Part shown: positions 29,901-38,399 of the stretch, piece by piece
How the letters are laid out: the number at the start of each line of letters is the position of its first letter
How positions within the stretch are numbered: position 1 is the first letter of the stretch
NCBI GenBank assembly: GCA_050302075.1
Contig: JBNLAH010000005.1
Span: 128,001 to 192,000 of the forward strand
Direction: 5' to 3'
Length of the DNA stretch: 64,000 bases
Source: Parachlamydiales bacterium
GTDB taxonomy: Bacteria > Chlamydiota > Chlamydiia > Chlamydiales > SM23-39
Notes under the pieces: generated by a model
Told to the model about the DNA's origin: nothing
The model's database searches: none
Seen by the model: the letters and a program-made list of their open reading frames with translations, nothing else
Program-made: the position numbers and the translations under genes

Positions 29901-31184
29901 TAGTATTTCTTTTATTTTTTCAAAAACTTCCGAGCTTCCGGTGAATAAAATTGAATTGGTAGAGGTGATCATTTTAGAGTTTTTCAATGCATCGATCAAA
30001 CTCTCGTCAGGATATTTCGAGCTGACTAGCTCTTCCGTATACTTGTCTAAAGCAGTTTTCAAACCGGCTAAGCTTAAGTTTTGTGGCTTATAGATATAAA
30101 ATTTTGTAGAGCCTGCAAAGGTACCTTTGTCTGGATTGTCAATTGTAGCTAGCAGTTCTTTTATTTTTAAAATTGAGGTCGCACTGCCTGTAAATAAGAT
30201 GGAATTTGTTTCTGGAATAAATGCTAATGAATTGATTGCATCGATTAAGTCTTTTTCAGGTGTTCCGCTTTCTTTAATCGAGTCTTTGATTTTGTTTAGG
30301 GCCTTAATAAGCTCTTGTGCACTTTTAGTAACTGGCTGGTAAATGAAAATATTTTCATTTTTAATTTGTCTGCCTTTCATGGGCCCTTTGCTTTCAACGT
30401 CAATACTTGTAAAGACTTTGATTGCTTTCTCAGCAAGCCTTGGTGTTGAGACTATATAAATAGTGTTCGTAGATTCCTGAGGAACTAAAATAAAAGGGTT
30501 TCCTGCTGCGAGGGGAGCCATAAGTTGATTTGCCAAACTGATAATATAGTTTGGATGATTATAACTGGCATGATATGACTTGATCTCGAGTGGAGTGTCA
30601 GGAGAATCTAAATTCTCAATTAACGAGTCGATTTTTTCTAGATTCGTTGTAATATCAGTTAATACAATTTGTCTTGTTTCAGGTAGAACATCTAAGATGG
30701 CGCTTTCAGAGATCATCGATCCAATTATTGCTGCTATAGACTCTACAGACGTGTTTTGTATCTTGAATACCTTGGTTAAAATAGGGGCGCTTGAATCTAT
30801 TTTTTCATTATCTTTAGATACTTGAGCTAGTTGCTTGACATTAGTAGCTTTTGTGATAATTAAATTGTTATCTTGCTCTAAGATATGCATACCGTTAATT
30901 CTTAAGGACTGAATTAACGTGGACATTAAACTGTCTTTAGTGATTGGTTCACTAGAGGTTACAGAGATAGTATAAGGCTCTAACTCTGCTTGATCATAGA
31001 TAAAGTTCAGTGATGCTACTTTTCCAACAAATTTGACGTATTCAATCAACGATACATTCTTGTAGTCAATTGTATACCCCTGACTTGCTTGTTTGTTCTC
31101 TTTTGCTGAAATGCTATGAGATAAAAAACATCCCAAAAGAACAAATGGAAAAAAGAATTTGGTTTTACAAAAAACCATTTTCAT
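26910..31184 (-). CDS. cdsC: Type III secretion outer-membrane secretin CdsC/SctC, with expanded N-domain repeats
   Basis: Signal peptide, N0/N1/N2-like domains, ten N3-like repeats and a C-terminal secretin core (KQVFIEVLVIET, IEYRDIG, GIPCLGGLPLIGAAF, IVIFLKPHII). Located after pkn5, like CT674. Confidence 0.92.
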   Translation of the reverse strand: MKMVFCKTKFFFPFVLLGCFLSHSISAKENKQASQGYTIDYKNVSLIEYVKFVGKVASLNFIYDQAELEPYTISVTSSEPITKDSLMSTLIQSLRINGMHILEQDNNLIITKATNVKQLAQVSKDNEKIDSSAPILTKVFKIQNTSVESIAAIIGSMISESAILDVLPETRQIVLTDITTNLEKIDSLIENLDSPDTPLEIKSYHASYNHPNYIISLANQLMAPLAAGNPFILVPQESTNTIYIVSTPRLAEKAIKVFTSIDVESKGPMKGRQIKNENIFIYQPVTKSAQELIKALNKIKDSIKESGTPEKDLIDAINSLAFIPETNSILFTGSATSILKIKELLATIDNPDKGTFAGSTKFYIYKPQNLSLAGLKTALDKYTEELVSSKYPDESLIDALKNSKMITSTNSILFTGSSEVFEKIKEILISADTEANGDLLSHKKTFWMYKVENTSHTTLLDALKATAKDLKKADVEEKDLIETIESAKYMPDTNSLLFTGPESGIKKLKSLLESFDQKNGLLPISNQFLIYHPQNLTGDQVLESLKEMAQSFESSNLANPALLRAIESGKFIKNTQSIIFTGDSASLQKLELLLKDIDSKEISGAQQTYFIYQLKYVPKDRAEQYLKEVVQNLSKSGLKNEPIIQAIKSMKWVPESRSLMFSGPEFALEKVKSLLDSFDVPEEAQKHALSSYYLYKLQNISGAIVEEDLEKFASNLKATGLKDSDLIDTLDNAKWVKETNSILLTGYPKTLEEAKNIVAQFDVKRDMSGIGQTDFLMYKPKNIPAEIIQKSLDEIASNLKKSDLADSALLSAIKGMKYNDTTQSFIFTGTPEALKKLQALLDNIDDEASKSRIQQIGKSTFLLYKIRNSSGSQIQSSVKQITKDLKRSGTADSRFIQALDSMKYVPETNSLLFTGDPASLEKAQALVEKFDVAPIGAVECFQEGEAEFFIYKPKYLSGIELQRQLEEFGENLKMSGLCDPKLHQALNNTRWVESNKSLIVTGDKQTIDKVKSLITEIDSPSDGLSSVHEPTMSPTGSTNFLVYKLQYHKGEQIRSALRSIAKDLLESKAADKTLIETINAIQWIEVTNSLLITGSQPILTRLRELIKSLDIPLKQVFIEVLVIETSLTNTLNFGLDWLGKGKWKDKASASFNNLPPNTSTASGTFPGQFQQINATTTPVPTDIPFSSGFSLGAIGDVIFHKGQSFVSMGSLMTALQQDNETVIVTTPKVFAQDSKKSNLFIGFNIPFIGSFVQNEGANTVSTTNIEYRDIGVDMEITPVLGNSDVVTLQLKLSRQETTDQQNLIVNNVQGITTSKTSLDTTFHVPNKNFLILTGMVTQTKNRSKSGIPCLGGLPLIGAAFSLNNNLENDRNIVIFLKPHIITSLEDMQAITEQQEDFFREKAGNAALENETDEAMEMIKSYEDD
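27855..30350 (-). repeat. Ten tandem ~83-aa secretin N3-like protein repeats within cdsC
   Basis: Each unit reads roughly F(F/L)xY(K/Q)(P/L)x(N/Y)...L...LxxAIxSxx(W/Y/F)xxxTNS(L/I)(L/I)FTG......K...LL..(I/F)D. Counted by eye in the translation; divergent at DNA level. Confidence 0.88.
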
Positions 31185-31318
31185 AAAATTATAATTCCAT
31201 TAAGGTTCCTAAGATAAAACAACCTACCGTTGCTTAACCACTACTAAAATCGTAAAATACCAGACCAATAAATTCAATCTTATCTGTCTTAATTCGTTAA
31301 TTAAAAAAAAGTTTCTAT

Positions 31319-32887
31319 TTAAAATGTTCTCAAAATACTTAAGATAGCAAAGTTTTGGAAGTTTGCATCTATTTCATTTGTTTTTACATCGCTTAGTATT
31401 TTCTCTGTTTGCTGTTGAGGAGATAAAAGCAGGTGGTTGTTAATAAACTCTGGAAAGTTTTTGCTCATGTTTAATTGTTTTGAAGGTATAAATAAAATAT
31501 CTTCAACATTCCAGCTATCGCTAGTCTCTAAAAAGTAAGTGTTGATATCTTTGCCAAGAGGATCATTGGTCGATTTTAACTCATTTAGTATTTTTGTATC
31601 TTTTGAGTAGTGGAAAACGCTTTTGTCTCCACTAGAGATTAGGCTGAGGCGATCCAAACTGGAATTTAATAAGATTAAAGAGCAGTCGAAATGTTCTGGC
31701 ACTTTAAAAGTGTTGATTATGAGTTTGTTCAACTCGGTAAAAAATTCAGTTAAGTTAAAGGTTTCTTTCTCTTTTGTGAACAGGTTTACTAAAGACTGCA
31801 CTATTCCTTTTAAAGTGGCTGTTGCTACAAAAGTACTTGGCCCTTCAGATTTTGATTCTGCAAAAAAAATAAGAAAGCTTGAGCCAAATACTTTAAAAAA
31901 ATCTAAATAAAGTGCTGTCGAAGATAGACCTTTTTGTTTTTCGAAACCGGCCTTAATTTGTGGCCATTTTGGAAGGTCTACATGGAAAAAATTCTCTGTT
32001 TTTTTTAAAAAGTCTTCAAAGGCATCTCCATATGGCTCTTTGACTTTTTTATTTTCGAATTTTTTCAAATAGGCATTAATATCTGTAATAAAGTCGACAA
32101 TATCTTGATATCTCATTTTTGGGTCGGCCTGAAGAGCTTTGTCGATTATTGGCCTGAGATCACTTGGTAGAAAAGAAAAGTGAATTACTCCATGGCTTAA
32201 TCTTCCTAATATCAATTCATAGGCAATAATACCGAGCGAGTAGATATCTGAAACGAAAGACGCTAAATCTGGATTCTTTTTCTGCTCAGGACTCATGTAG
32301 ACTGGAGTACCAAGGAACTTTCCTTTTTTAAGAGTAGTGTCTTCCGGGATTTCTGTATGTAGTTGTGCAATTCCAAAGTCAATTACTTTTACTCCGCCAT
32401 ACTCGGTTATTAAAATATTTTCAGGTTTTAGGTCTCTGTGGATTACTCCATGGGTATGTAGGTGTAAAAGTGCATACGCAACTTCCTGAATAATTTGCAG
32501 TGCTCTTTTTTGAGAAAGAGATTTTTGTAAAATAAACTGCCTTAGAGAAACCCCTTGAACAAACTCCATAGCAATAAAAAGTCCTTTTTCCCACTTTCCT
32601 TGGTCATATAGCTTTACGATATTAGGATGATCAGTCATGGAAATAATCTCGGCTTCTTTTAAAAACCTGCTCACCATTTCATTATTCGTGATAAATTTAG
32701 GTGATAAGATTTTAACTACGACTGGTTCTCCTGATTTTGGATGTGTTGCTAAGTATAAAAAGCTCATGCCTCCTTTGGTTAGTCTCGATTCAATTCGATA
32801 TGGGCCTACCATTGAAGGGGATGGAAATGATGTAACGTCGGTTAAATTTGGAAGTGTGTTCTGACTATAAAAGTTTTTTTTTGCCAT
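31319..32887 (-). CDS. pkn5: Ser/Thr protein kinase Pkn5 with C-terminal PP2C/SpoIIE-like domain
   Basis: Motifs KGGMS, VVVK, HRDLKPEN, DFG, GTPVYMSPEQ and SDIYSLG. Lies between cdsQ and cdsC, like CT673. Confidence 0.88.
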   Translation of the reverse strand: MAKKNFYSQNTLPNLTDVTSFPSPSMVGPYRIESRLTKGGMSFLYLATHPKSGEPVVVKILSPKFITNNEMVSRFLKEAEIISMTDHPNIVKLYDQGKWEKGLFIAMEFVQGVSLRQFILQKSLSQKRALQIIQEVAYALLHLHTHGVIHRDLKPENILITEYGGVKVIDFGIAQLHTEIPEDTTLKKGKFLGTPVYMSPEQKKNPDLASFVSDIYSLGIIAYELILGRLSHGVIHFSFLPSDLRPIIDKALQADPKMRYQDIVDFITDINAYLKKFENKKVKEPYGDAFEDFLKKTENFFHVDLPKWPQIKAGFEKQKGLSSTALYLDFFKVFGSSFLIFFAESKSEGPSTFVATATLKGIVQSLVNLFTKEKETFNLTEFFTELNKLIINTFKVPEHFDCSLILLNSSLDRLSLISSGDKSVFHYSKDTKILNELKSTNDPLGKDINTYFLETSDSWNVEDILFIPSKQLNMSKNFPEFINNHLLLSPQQQTEKILSDVKTNEIDANFQNFAILSILRTF

Positions 32888-32902
32888 TAATTAGATAAAA
32901 AT

Positions 32903-33961
32903 TTAAATCTCAAGGATTCTAACTCCGATAACTTCACCTACTTTAATAAGCTCTCCTTTTGCAACGGTCTTATTATTTAAAGTAAGCGAAACATTTTCCT
33001 GTGGATTGATCGTAGTTTCAATGACCTCTCCCGGTTGTAGTGACATAAGCTTTTCTAAGCTCATTTCGATCTTTCCCATCTCTATTTGAAGAGAAAGGGG
33101 AACTTCTTTTACTGGGGTGGTGTTTTCGTTATCTTCCATATTGTCCTCTTTTAATTCTGCAAAGTCTAATACCTTCAATTTGCCTTGTTTTACTTTCACT
33201 TGATAAAGAGGGTTTTGATTAAGTGTTAACAAAACACTCCCTTGATGTGTTTTAGGATCATAATAACTGTGGTCTAAAATAACAAAGTCGCCAACTGAAA
33301 TTGCTTCGAATGTAGTATAATTTAAACTAACACTGCCAACATTTATTGAAAGAAAAAAGTCTATCTTGCTGGAAAGTTTTGAAGCCAATAAATCTGGTTC
33401 TTTTAAAAATTGATTTTTCCAAGCTGTTACTATTTCCTTCGATATTACAAGCTTTGCATAAGCCGAGCGTTCTTGATAAATTATTCGAACATCAATGCAA
33501 AGAGAGGGGCTTTTAAGTTCTTTTGAGTCGGATGAAATTTTCAAGGAAAATCCTTCTAAGATTTTATCTTGATCACATACATCCATAGCCTCTAGCATAA
33601 GATAATGATAATATCCCTCCTGGAGAATTTCAGATGAAAATGCTTTAGCTGAAGCATCTTTTGTCATAGCCCAAGTGGTAATTTTAGCGACCTCATTTAA
33701 GTCCATTAACCAATGAAATGTAGCTTCAAGAGGAAGTATATTAAAGCTTAGCTGTGATGAGTCGCTGCTGGTAAGTTGGCTGATTTCCTCATCGGTAAGC
33801 CATTTTGTTTTCTCAACTTTTATTTCTAAATCTTGAAGGTTTAAGCGTTCTTTTAAACGCTTTGACATCAAAGACAAATTTGGACAAAAAAAACCTGGTG
33901 GAAGTTCAACAGTTTCCAGAATTTTTTTTGAAACTTGGCTGTAGTTAAAAACATTTTCCAT
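32903..33961 (-). CDS. cdsQ: T3SS cytoplasmic ring protein CdsQ/SctQ
   Basis: C-terminal SpoA domain (VPLSLQIEMG...LQPGEVI...AKGELIKVGEVIGVRILEI) plus operon position. Confidence 0.92.
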   Translation of the reverse strand: MENVFNYSQVSKKILETVELPPGFFCPNLSLMSKRLKERLNLQDLEIKVEKTKWLTDEEISQLTSSDSSQLSFNILPLEATFHWLMDLNEVAKITTWAMTKDASAKAFSSEILQEGYYHYLMLEAMDVCDQDKILEGFSLKISSDSKELKSPSLCIDVRIIYQERSAYAKLVISKEIVTAWKNQFLKEPDLLASKLSSKIDFFLSINVGSVSLNYTTFEAISVGDFVILDHSYYDPKTHQGSVLLTLNQNPLYQVKVKQGKLKVLDFAELKEDNMEDNENTTPVKEVPLSLQIEMGKIEMSLEKLMSLQPGEVIETTINPQENVSLTLNNKTVAKGELIKVGEVIGVRILEI

Positions 33962-34935
33962 TATCTTCCTAGTGGCCCTCCACCAACATCACTTCCACCC
34001 GGCCTTTCTTTTCTACGAAATAGCGGGCGTTCTGTTTCATATGCTGCTTCAATTCTACCAATCCGAAAGTTAAAGTTTCCGCGGCTGAAAGTTTCCATTA
34101 ATATATCGATATTTCCATTAAACATCGCAACTGCCTCTGGATTTCCAGTAAGCTTGATATTAAAAGAATCGGGGGCAGTCGAGTATTTTTCTAGTACAAT
34201 TTTTGAACCATAAAATACAGAGCCTTCCATTTCCGGGTTATTTAATAAGATCTCAGTTTGCATAATGCCCTCTTTTGAGTTCATTACCAAAATTTGACCA
34301 ACCATTTGCTCAAAAACTGGAGGCACCTCAGATGTTAAGCTAACTTTTAAGTCATTTGCAGCCTCATGGGCTATCTGGGCGATATCAGGTGGGATAACAG
34401 GAGCTGCAGTGATAAAAGGAATTTCTTTTTTTCGTTGTTCTAATGGTTGAGTGTCTTTTGCTTCTTCAGACTCAGTTTTTTTCTCTTCTAAATCTTCTAA
34501 AGGCTCTCTAGGCTCTTTTTTAGAAGGGATTTTCTTTTGAGAAGGCACGAATAGATTTTCTTCTTTTGCAACCTTTCTTCTTTCTTCGTTTTCCTGCATT
34601 TCAAGCTCATCAATTGATAGAGGCGCTTTTTCGGCCTCAATTTTTGACTTTTCTTCAATGTAATCATGAGCTGGAAGTTTTTTATCTACTTTAGCAATTT
34701 CAGCTGGGCCTTTATCGTAGAAAGCTGATTCATATGGAGACGGTTTTTTATCCGTTTCAGGCTCTTTTTTTTTCTCTTCTAAATGCTGTTGGAACTTGCG
34801 TCTTTTTTTCTCCTCAGGATCTACTTCACTGGCTTTTTCAACATGATAATCTTTGCCTTTAACACCGCCAAATTTGCCGGCTTTACCGCGTTTAAAAGGA
34901 TCATCAGCAGACTGTTGATTAATTCGGTGTATCAT
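33961..34935 (-). CDS. cdsP: T3SS protein CdsP-like (CT671; proposed needle-length ruler)
   Basis: Charged low-complexity N-terminal half and a compact C-terminal domain. Lies between cdsO and cdsQ; its TAA overlaps the cdsQ ATG. Confidence 0.72.
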   Translation of the reverse strand: MIHRINQQSADDPFKRGKAGKFGGVKGKDYHVEKASEVDPEEKKRRKFQQHLEEKKKEPETDKKPSPYESAFYDKGPAEIAKVDKKLPAHDYIEEKSKIEAEKAPLSIDELEMQENEERRKVAKEENLFVPSQKKIPSKKEPREPLEDLEEKKTESEEAKDTQPLEQRKKEIPFITAAPVIPPDIAQIAHEAANDLKVSLTSEVPPVFEQMVGQILVMNSKEGIMQTEILLNNPEMEGSVFYGSKIVLEKYSTAPDSFNIKLTGNPEAVAMFNGNIDILMETFSRGNFNFRIGRIEAAYETERPLFRRKERPGGSDVGGGPLGR

Positions 34936-34968
34936 TTTGATTATCTCCTAGCTTAATAGTACTGTTTT

Positions 34969-35475
34969 TTAGGATTTTTTATGAGGGTTTTCTCTTTTTT
35001 TTATTTCATGAATAACTGTGCCAAGCTCATCGTGTTTTATTTCTTCTTGCCTTCGCTCTTCTTTTTCATGCTCTTTTAGCCACTCTTTTTTGTGGATTCT
35101 CAGTTTTTCAAGATCCTTTTGTTTTTGTATCATGTCTTGCTTTGCTATTTCCACTTGCTTTTGGGCAAGTTCAACTTGTTCTTTTTGCTCGTCCACTTTT
35201 TTTTGATGTTCTTCAAGCTTACTTTCAACAGTCTCAAGATATCTTTTCATTTCTTGAATTTTGATAGTGCCTTGGCCAGTATCCAAGGCTTCCCTTAGCT
35301 GGGTTAGTTTATCATTTTTATGTTTTAATGCCTCATCTCTTTTCTCTTCCAGCTGCTTTAGTTTTTTTTCCTCACTTTCTAAAAGTTCTTTTTTTGCTTC
35401 AAGAACTCTGACAGATTCGTCAAAGCGTCTTTTTTTTATGTCTAAAACTTCTTCAAGTGGATATTTTGTAGCCAT
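34969..35475 (-). CDS. cdsO: T3SS stalk protein CdsO/SctO (CT670)
   Basis: Starts KYPLEEVLDIKKRR, is entirely coiled coil, and directly follows the ATPase. Confidence 0.88.
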   Translation of the reverse strand: MATKYPLEEVLDIKKRRFDESVRVLEAKKELLESEEKKLKQLEEKRDEALKHKNDKLTQLREALDTGQGTIKIQEMKRYLETVESKLEEHQKKVDEQKEQVELAQKQVEIAKQDMIQKQKDLEKLRIHKKEWLKEHEKEERRQEEIKHDELGTVIHEIKKRENPHKKS

Positions 35476-35478
35476 ACA

Positions 35479-36801
35479 TTATCGAAATAAGTTTTTAAGT
35501 CCGGCTAAAGTGTCTTCAAAAGATGATTTTTCCTGAACGGATTGTTTTAAAAATTGGTTTACTTTGTCAATATGAGAAATTGCAAAATCAGCATCTTTGT
35601 CTGATCCTGATTTATATTCACCGATCCTAATTAGTAGTTCATTTTTTTTATAGTTGGCTAGAACTTCTCTTAAGGTACCGATAAGTTTTTGGTGTTCTTT
35701 ATCAGTAATATGAGTAATTATCCTGCTTACAGATGACAAGATGTCGATTGCAGGAAAGTGATACTGTCGAGCAAGGTCTCTAGATAAAATAATATGTCCG
35801 TCTAAGATAGATCTTGTTTCATCGGCTATTGGCTCGTTCATATCATCACCCGCAACTAAGATTGTATAAAATCCAGTTATAGATCCTTTATCTGAATTGC
35901 CTGAACGCTCAAGTAGTTTCGGCAGTGTTGAGAAAACTGAAGGAGTAAAGCCCGCTCTAGCAGGGGGTTCTCCAGCAGCTAGGCCTACCTCTCTTAGAGC
36001 TCTTGCATATCTTGTTACGGAATCCATCATCAGTATAACAGACTTACCTTGGTCTCTAAAATATTCAGCGATGGCAGTCCCGACATATGCAGCGTTTATT
36101 CTAAGTTGAGGTGCCTGGTCCGATGTTGAAACAATCACAACCGATCGCTTTAACCCATCTTCTCCTAGGTCATTCTTTAAAAATTCACGTACCTCTCTTC
36201 CTCTCTCTCCAATTAAAGATATGACGTTAACATCTGCTTTAGCGTTTCTGGCTATCATGCCAAGTAATGTTGACTTCCCAACACCGGCGGCTGCAAAAAT
36301 TCCAACCCGTTGGCCTTTGCCGCATGTTAATACACCATCTATACTTTTAATCCCGACAGAAAGTGGTTCGGAAATGATTTTTCTTTTTAAAGGACTTGGA
36401 GGTGCGGCAATAACTGGAACCGAATCTGGTAAATCCCCAATAGGCCCTTGAGTTTCCTCATCTATTGGTTTGCCAACTCCATTTAAAACTCTTCCTAAAA
36501 GATTTTTACCAGCTTTGATATGCAAAGATAGTCTCATAGGAATGACTTCAGATGAAGGTCCAATCCCAGACATTTCTCCTAAAGGGGATAGAATTACCTC
36601 GTCTTTAGTAAAACCGACAACCTCCGCAACTAAAGGCTCCATGTTATCTCTTTTAATTAAACAAACTTCACCGAGCTTAACTTGAGGAATTACAGCTTTA
36701 ATTAGCATTCCAACCGCTTCGGTTATTCTGCCATGAACTGTGGTTAACTCTACATCACCTAAGTGTTCGATTAATTTGTCTAGCGAAGAGTCTTTTTCCA
36801 T
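35479..36801 (-). CDS. cdsN: T3SS ATPase CdsN/SctN (start taken as ATG 36801)
   Basis: Walker A AAAGVGKST; motifs LIGERGREVREF, MMDSVTRYARA and DGHIILSR. Confidence 0.97.
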   Translation of the reverse strand: MEKDSSLDKLIEHLGDVELTTVHGRITEAVGMLIKAVIPQVKLGEVCLIKRDNMEPLVAEVVGFTKDEVILSPLGEMSGIGPSSEVIPMRLSLHIKAGKNLLGRVLNGVGKPIDEETQGPIGDLPDSVPVIAAPPSPLKRKIISEPLSVGIKSIDGVLTCGKGQRVGIFAAAGVGKSTLLGMIARNAKADVNVISLIGERGREVREFLKNDLGEDGLKRSVVIVSTSDQAPQLRINAAYVGTAIAEYFRDQGKSVILMMDSVTRYARALREVGLAAGEPPARAGFTPSVFSTLPKLLERSGNSDKGSITGFYTILVAGDDMNEPIADETRSILDGHIILSRDLARQYHFPAIDILSSVSRIITHITDKEHQKLIGTLREVLANYKKNELLIRIGEYKSGSDKDADFAISHIDKVNQFLKQSVQEKSSFEDTLAGLKNLFR

Positions 36802-36805
36802 AAAA

Positions 36806-37441
36806 TCACAATTGAACATTAATCATTTGTTTAACTACGTCCACAGCTTTGCTGAGTAAAGTAGAGGCATACTCTAATGATTGCTGGGCTTGAGCTAATT
36901 TTACTTGAATTAACATCAGATCACCAGGTCTCAACTCACCTCCTTCAGCGCTTTGAAGATCAATTATCTTTTGTTTTGCTTCTTTGAGTTGTTTTTCCCC
37001 ATTAGTAGCTAGTTGCAAAAACCTTTCAATAGGGTTGAATCCTGATGGAGGGGGTTCGCTAGGCAATACATTAGCTCCTACTTTCTCTGCAGCGCTCATT
37101 AGATGGTTGTTTGCTTCTGATAGCTTATTTCGCATCAGGTTTTGTTCAGATCTTTTGAATTTAAGATTTTTGGTTTTTAAGTTCTTTTGTAGTTCGTCAA
37201 AAGTATGCTCAGACTGCCACATCTGTGCGAGTAAAGAGTCTATTGAAGGTTCTGCTATTAGCCCACTTTGAGGCAAGTTCAAAGGTGACACTTGAGATGT
37301 ACTAGTGGGAGGTGCTCCAGGTGCGGGCCTTGGCTCATTCATAGCAGACTGAAACTGCGATCTATCGGGAGCAGGCTTTTGCTCTTGTGGTTTTATAGGG
37401 CCTATATTTTCAGGTCCGATAGGTGGTATTTGCTTTGCCAT
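36806..37441 (-). CDS. T3SS-associated protein, CT668-like
   Basis: Lies between cdsG and cdsN. Pro-rich N-terminus; the C-terminus PGDLMLIQVKLAQAQQSLEYASTLLSKAVDVVKQMIN resembles inner-rod/needle-type helices. Confidence 0.75.
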   Translation of the reverse strand: MAKQIPPIGPENIGPIKPQEQKPAPDRSQFQSAMNEPRPAPGAPPTSTSQVSPLNLPQSGLIAEPSIDSLLAQMWQSEHTFDELQKNLKTKNLKFKRSEQNLMRNKLSEANNHLMSAAEKVGANVLPSEPPPSGFNPIERFLQLATNGEKQLKEAKQKIIDLQSAEGGELRPGDLMLIQVKLAQAQQSLEYASTLLSKAVDVVKQMINVQL

Positions 37442-37878
37442 TATTTACCCTTTGATTTCTTTCCTTCATAAGGAGAGGGTTCTTTTTTGACAAATTTGTC
37501 AATAAAGTCTAGGGCACTTACTGATAGATTATGAATCAAAGTGTCTTTTGATTGAGCTGTGCCTTCTAGTATTTGTTCTGCTTTTGTTACACCTTTTGGA
37601 GTAAACCCTAATGAAAGACCTAAAAATGTTTTAGCCATCTCATTGTTTGGATCCTCTTTTAGAGCATTCTCAAAAAGCTCACATGCTTGTTTTAACTCAA
37701 GCTTGTGCAGATGCAAGTAGCCAATTCCGACTTTTGGGAGGGTGCTTTCAGGGTTTAGGACAGCTGCTGCGTTGAACAGCCTTTTAGCAGAAACCTCATC
37801 AGCTTGGTTGACTGCAATAAATCCAGCTTCCAAAAGTAAGATAAAGTCTTTTTTTTTGTTTTTTTCTATAAATGTCAT
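37441..37878 (-). CDS. cdsG: T3SS needle chaperone CdsG (TPR, CT667)
   Basis: DFILLLEAGFIAVNQADE motif and TPR helices; follows cdsF. Confidence 0.88.
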   Translation of the reverse strand: MTFIEKNKKKDFILLLEAGFIAVNQADEVSAKRLFNAAAVLNPESTLPKVGIGYLHLHKLELKQACELFENALKEDPNNEMAKTFLGLSLGFTPKGVTKAEQILEGTAQSKDTLIHNLSVSALDFIDKFVKKEPSPYEGKKSKGK

Positions 37879-37883
37879 ATGCC

Positions 37884-38132
37884 TTATTGAGTTTTCTGAG
37901 CTCTCACCGCGTTGTTAATAACTGAGTTTACTTGCGATATTAAATTAGAAATAGATTCTCCAATCTGTGTAACGCTGGCCATTTGAAATTGTAATAATAG
38001 GAACTGTCCTGGTGTAGCCTCACTCATTCTTGAAGCTAAGTTTCGGATCCCTTCTACAAGTTCAGACTGTAATCGCTGATAGTTTTTGATTAGGGTTGAA
38101 AAGGAAAGTGTAACCCCTGGTAGTTTTGACAT
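37884..38132 (-). CDS. cdsF: T3SS needle protein CdsF (CT666)
   Basis: 82 aa; GQFLLLQFQMASVTQIGESISNLISQVNS needle-type C-terminal helix. Lies between cdsE and cdsG. Confidence 0.85.
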   Translation of the reverse strand: MSKLPGVTLSFSTLIKNYQRLQSELVEGIRNLASRMSEATPGQFLLLQFQMASVTQIGESISNLISQVNSVINNAVRAQKTQ

Positions 38133-38145
38133 GCTATCTCCTTAA

Positions 38146-38385
38146 TTAACTTTTTTGTTTTGCTACTTTAGATAATACTTTGTTCAGTGCTGTATAACCT
38201 TGTAAAAGAACGCCCATTTGATCAAAATCATCTGATGAATCGCCTTTTCTCATTATGTTTTTAATTTCTTCCGATCTTTTTTTAGCAATGTCCAAGTAGT
38301 GTTTTTTCTTATTAGGATCATTTATAATTTCTTCTTCCAAATCAAAAAGAAACGGTTTTTTATCTTTTTTCTCTAGCCCAAACAT
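38146..38385 (-). CDS. cdsE: T3SS needle co-chaperone CdsE (CT665)
   Basis: FLFDLEEEI...LLQGYTALNKVL pattern plus operon position. Confidence 0.85.
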   Translation of the reverse strand: MFGLEKKDKKPFLFDLEEEIINDPNKKKHYLDIAKKRSEEIKNIMRKGDSSDDFDQMGVLLQGYTALNKVLSKVAKQKS

Positions 38386-38399
38386 CTGTAATTTAGCCT

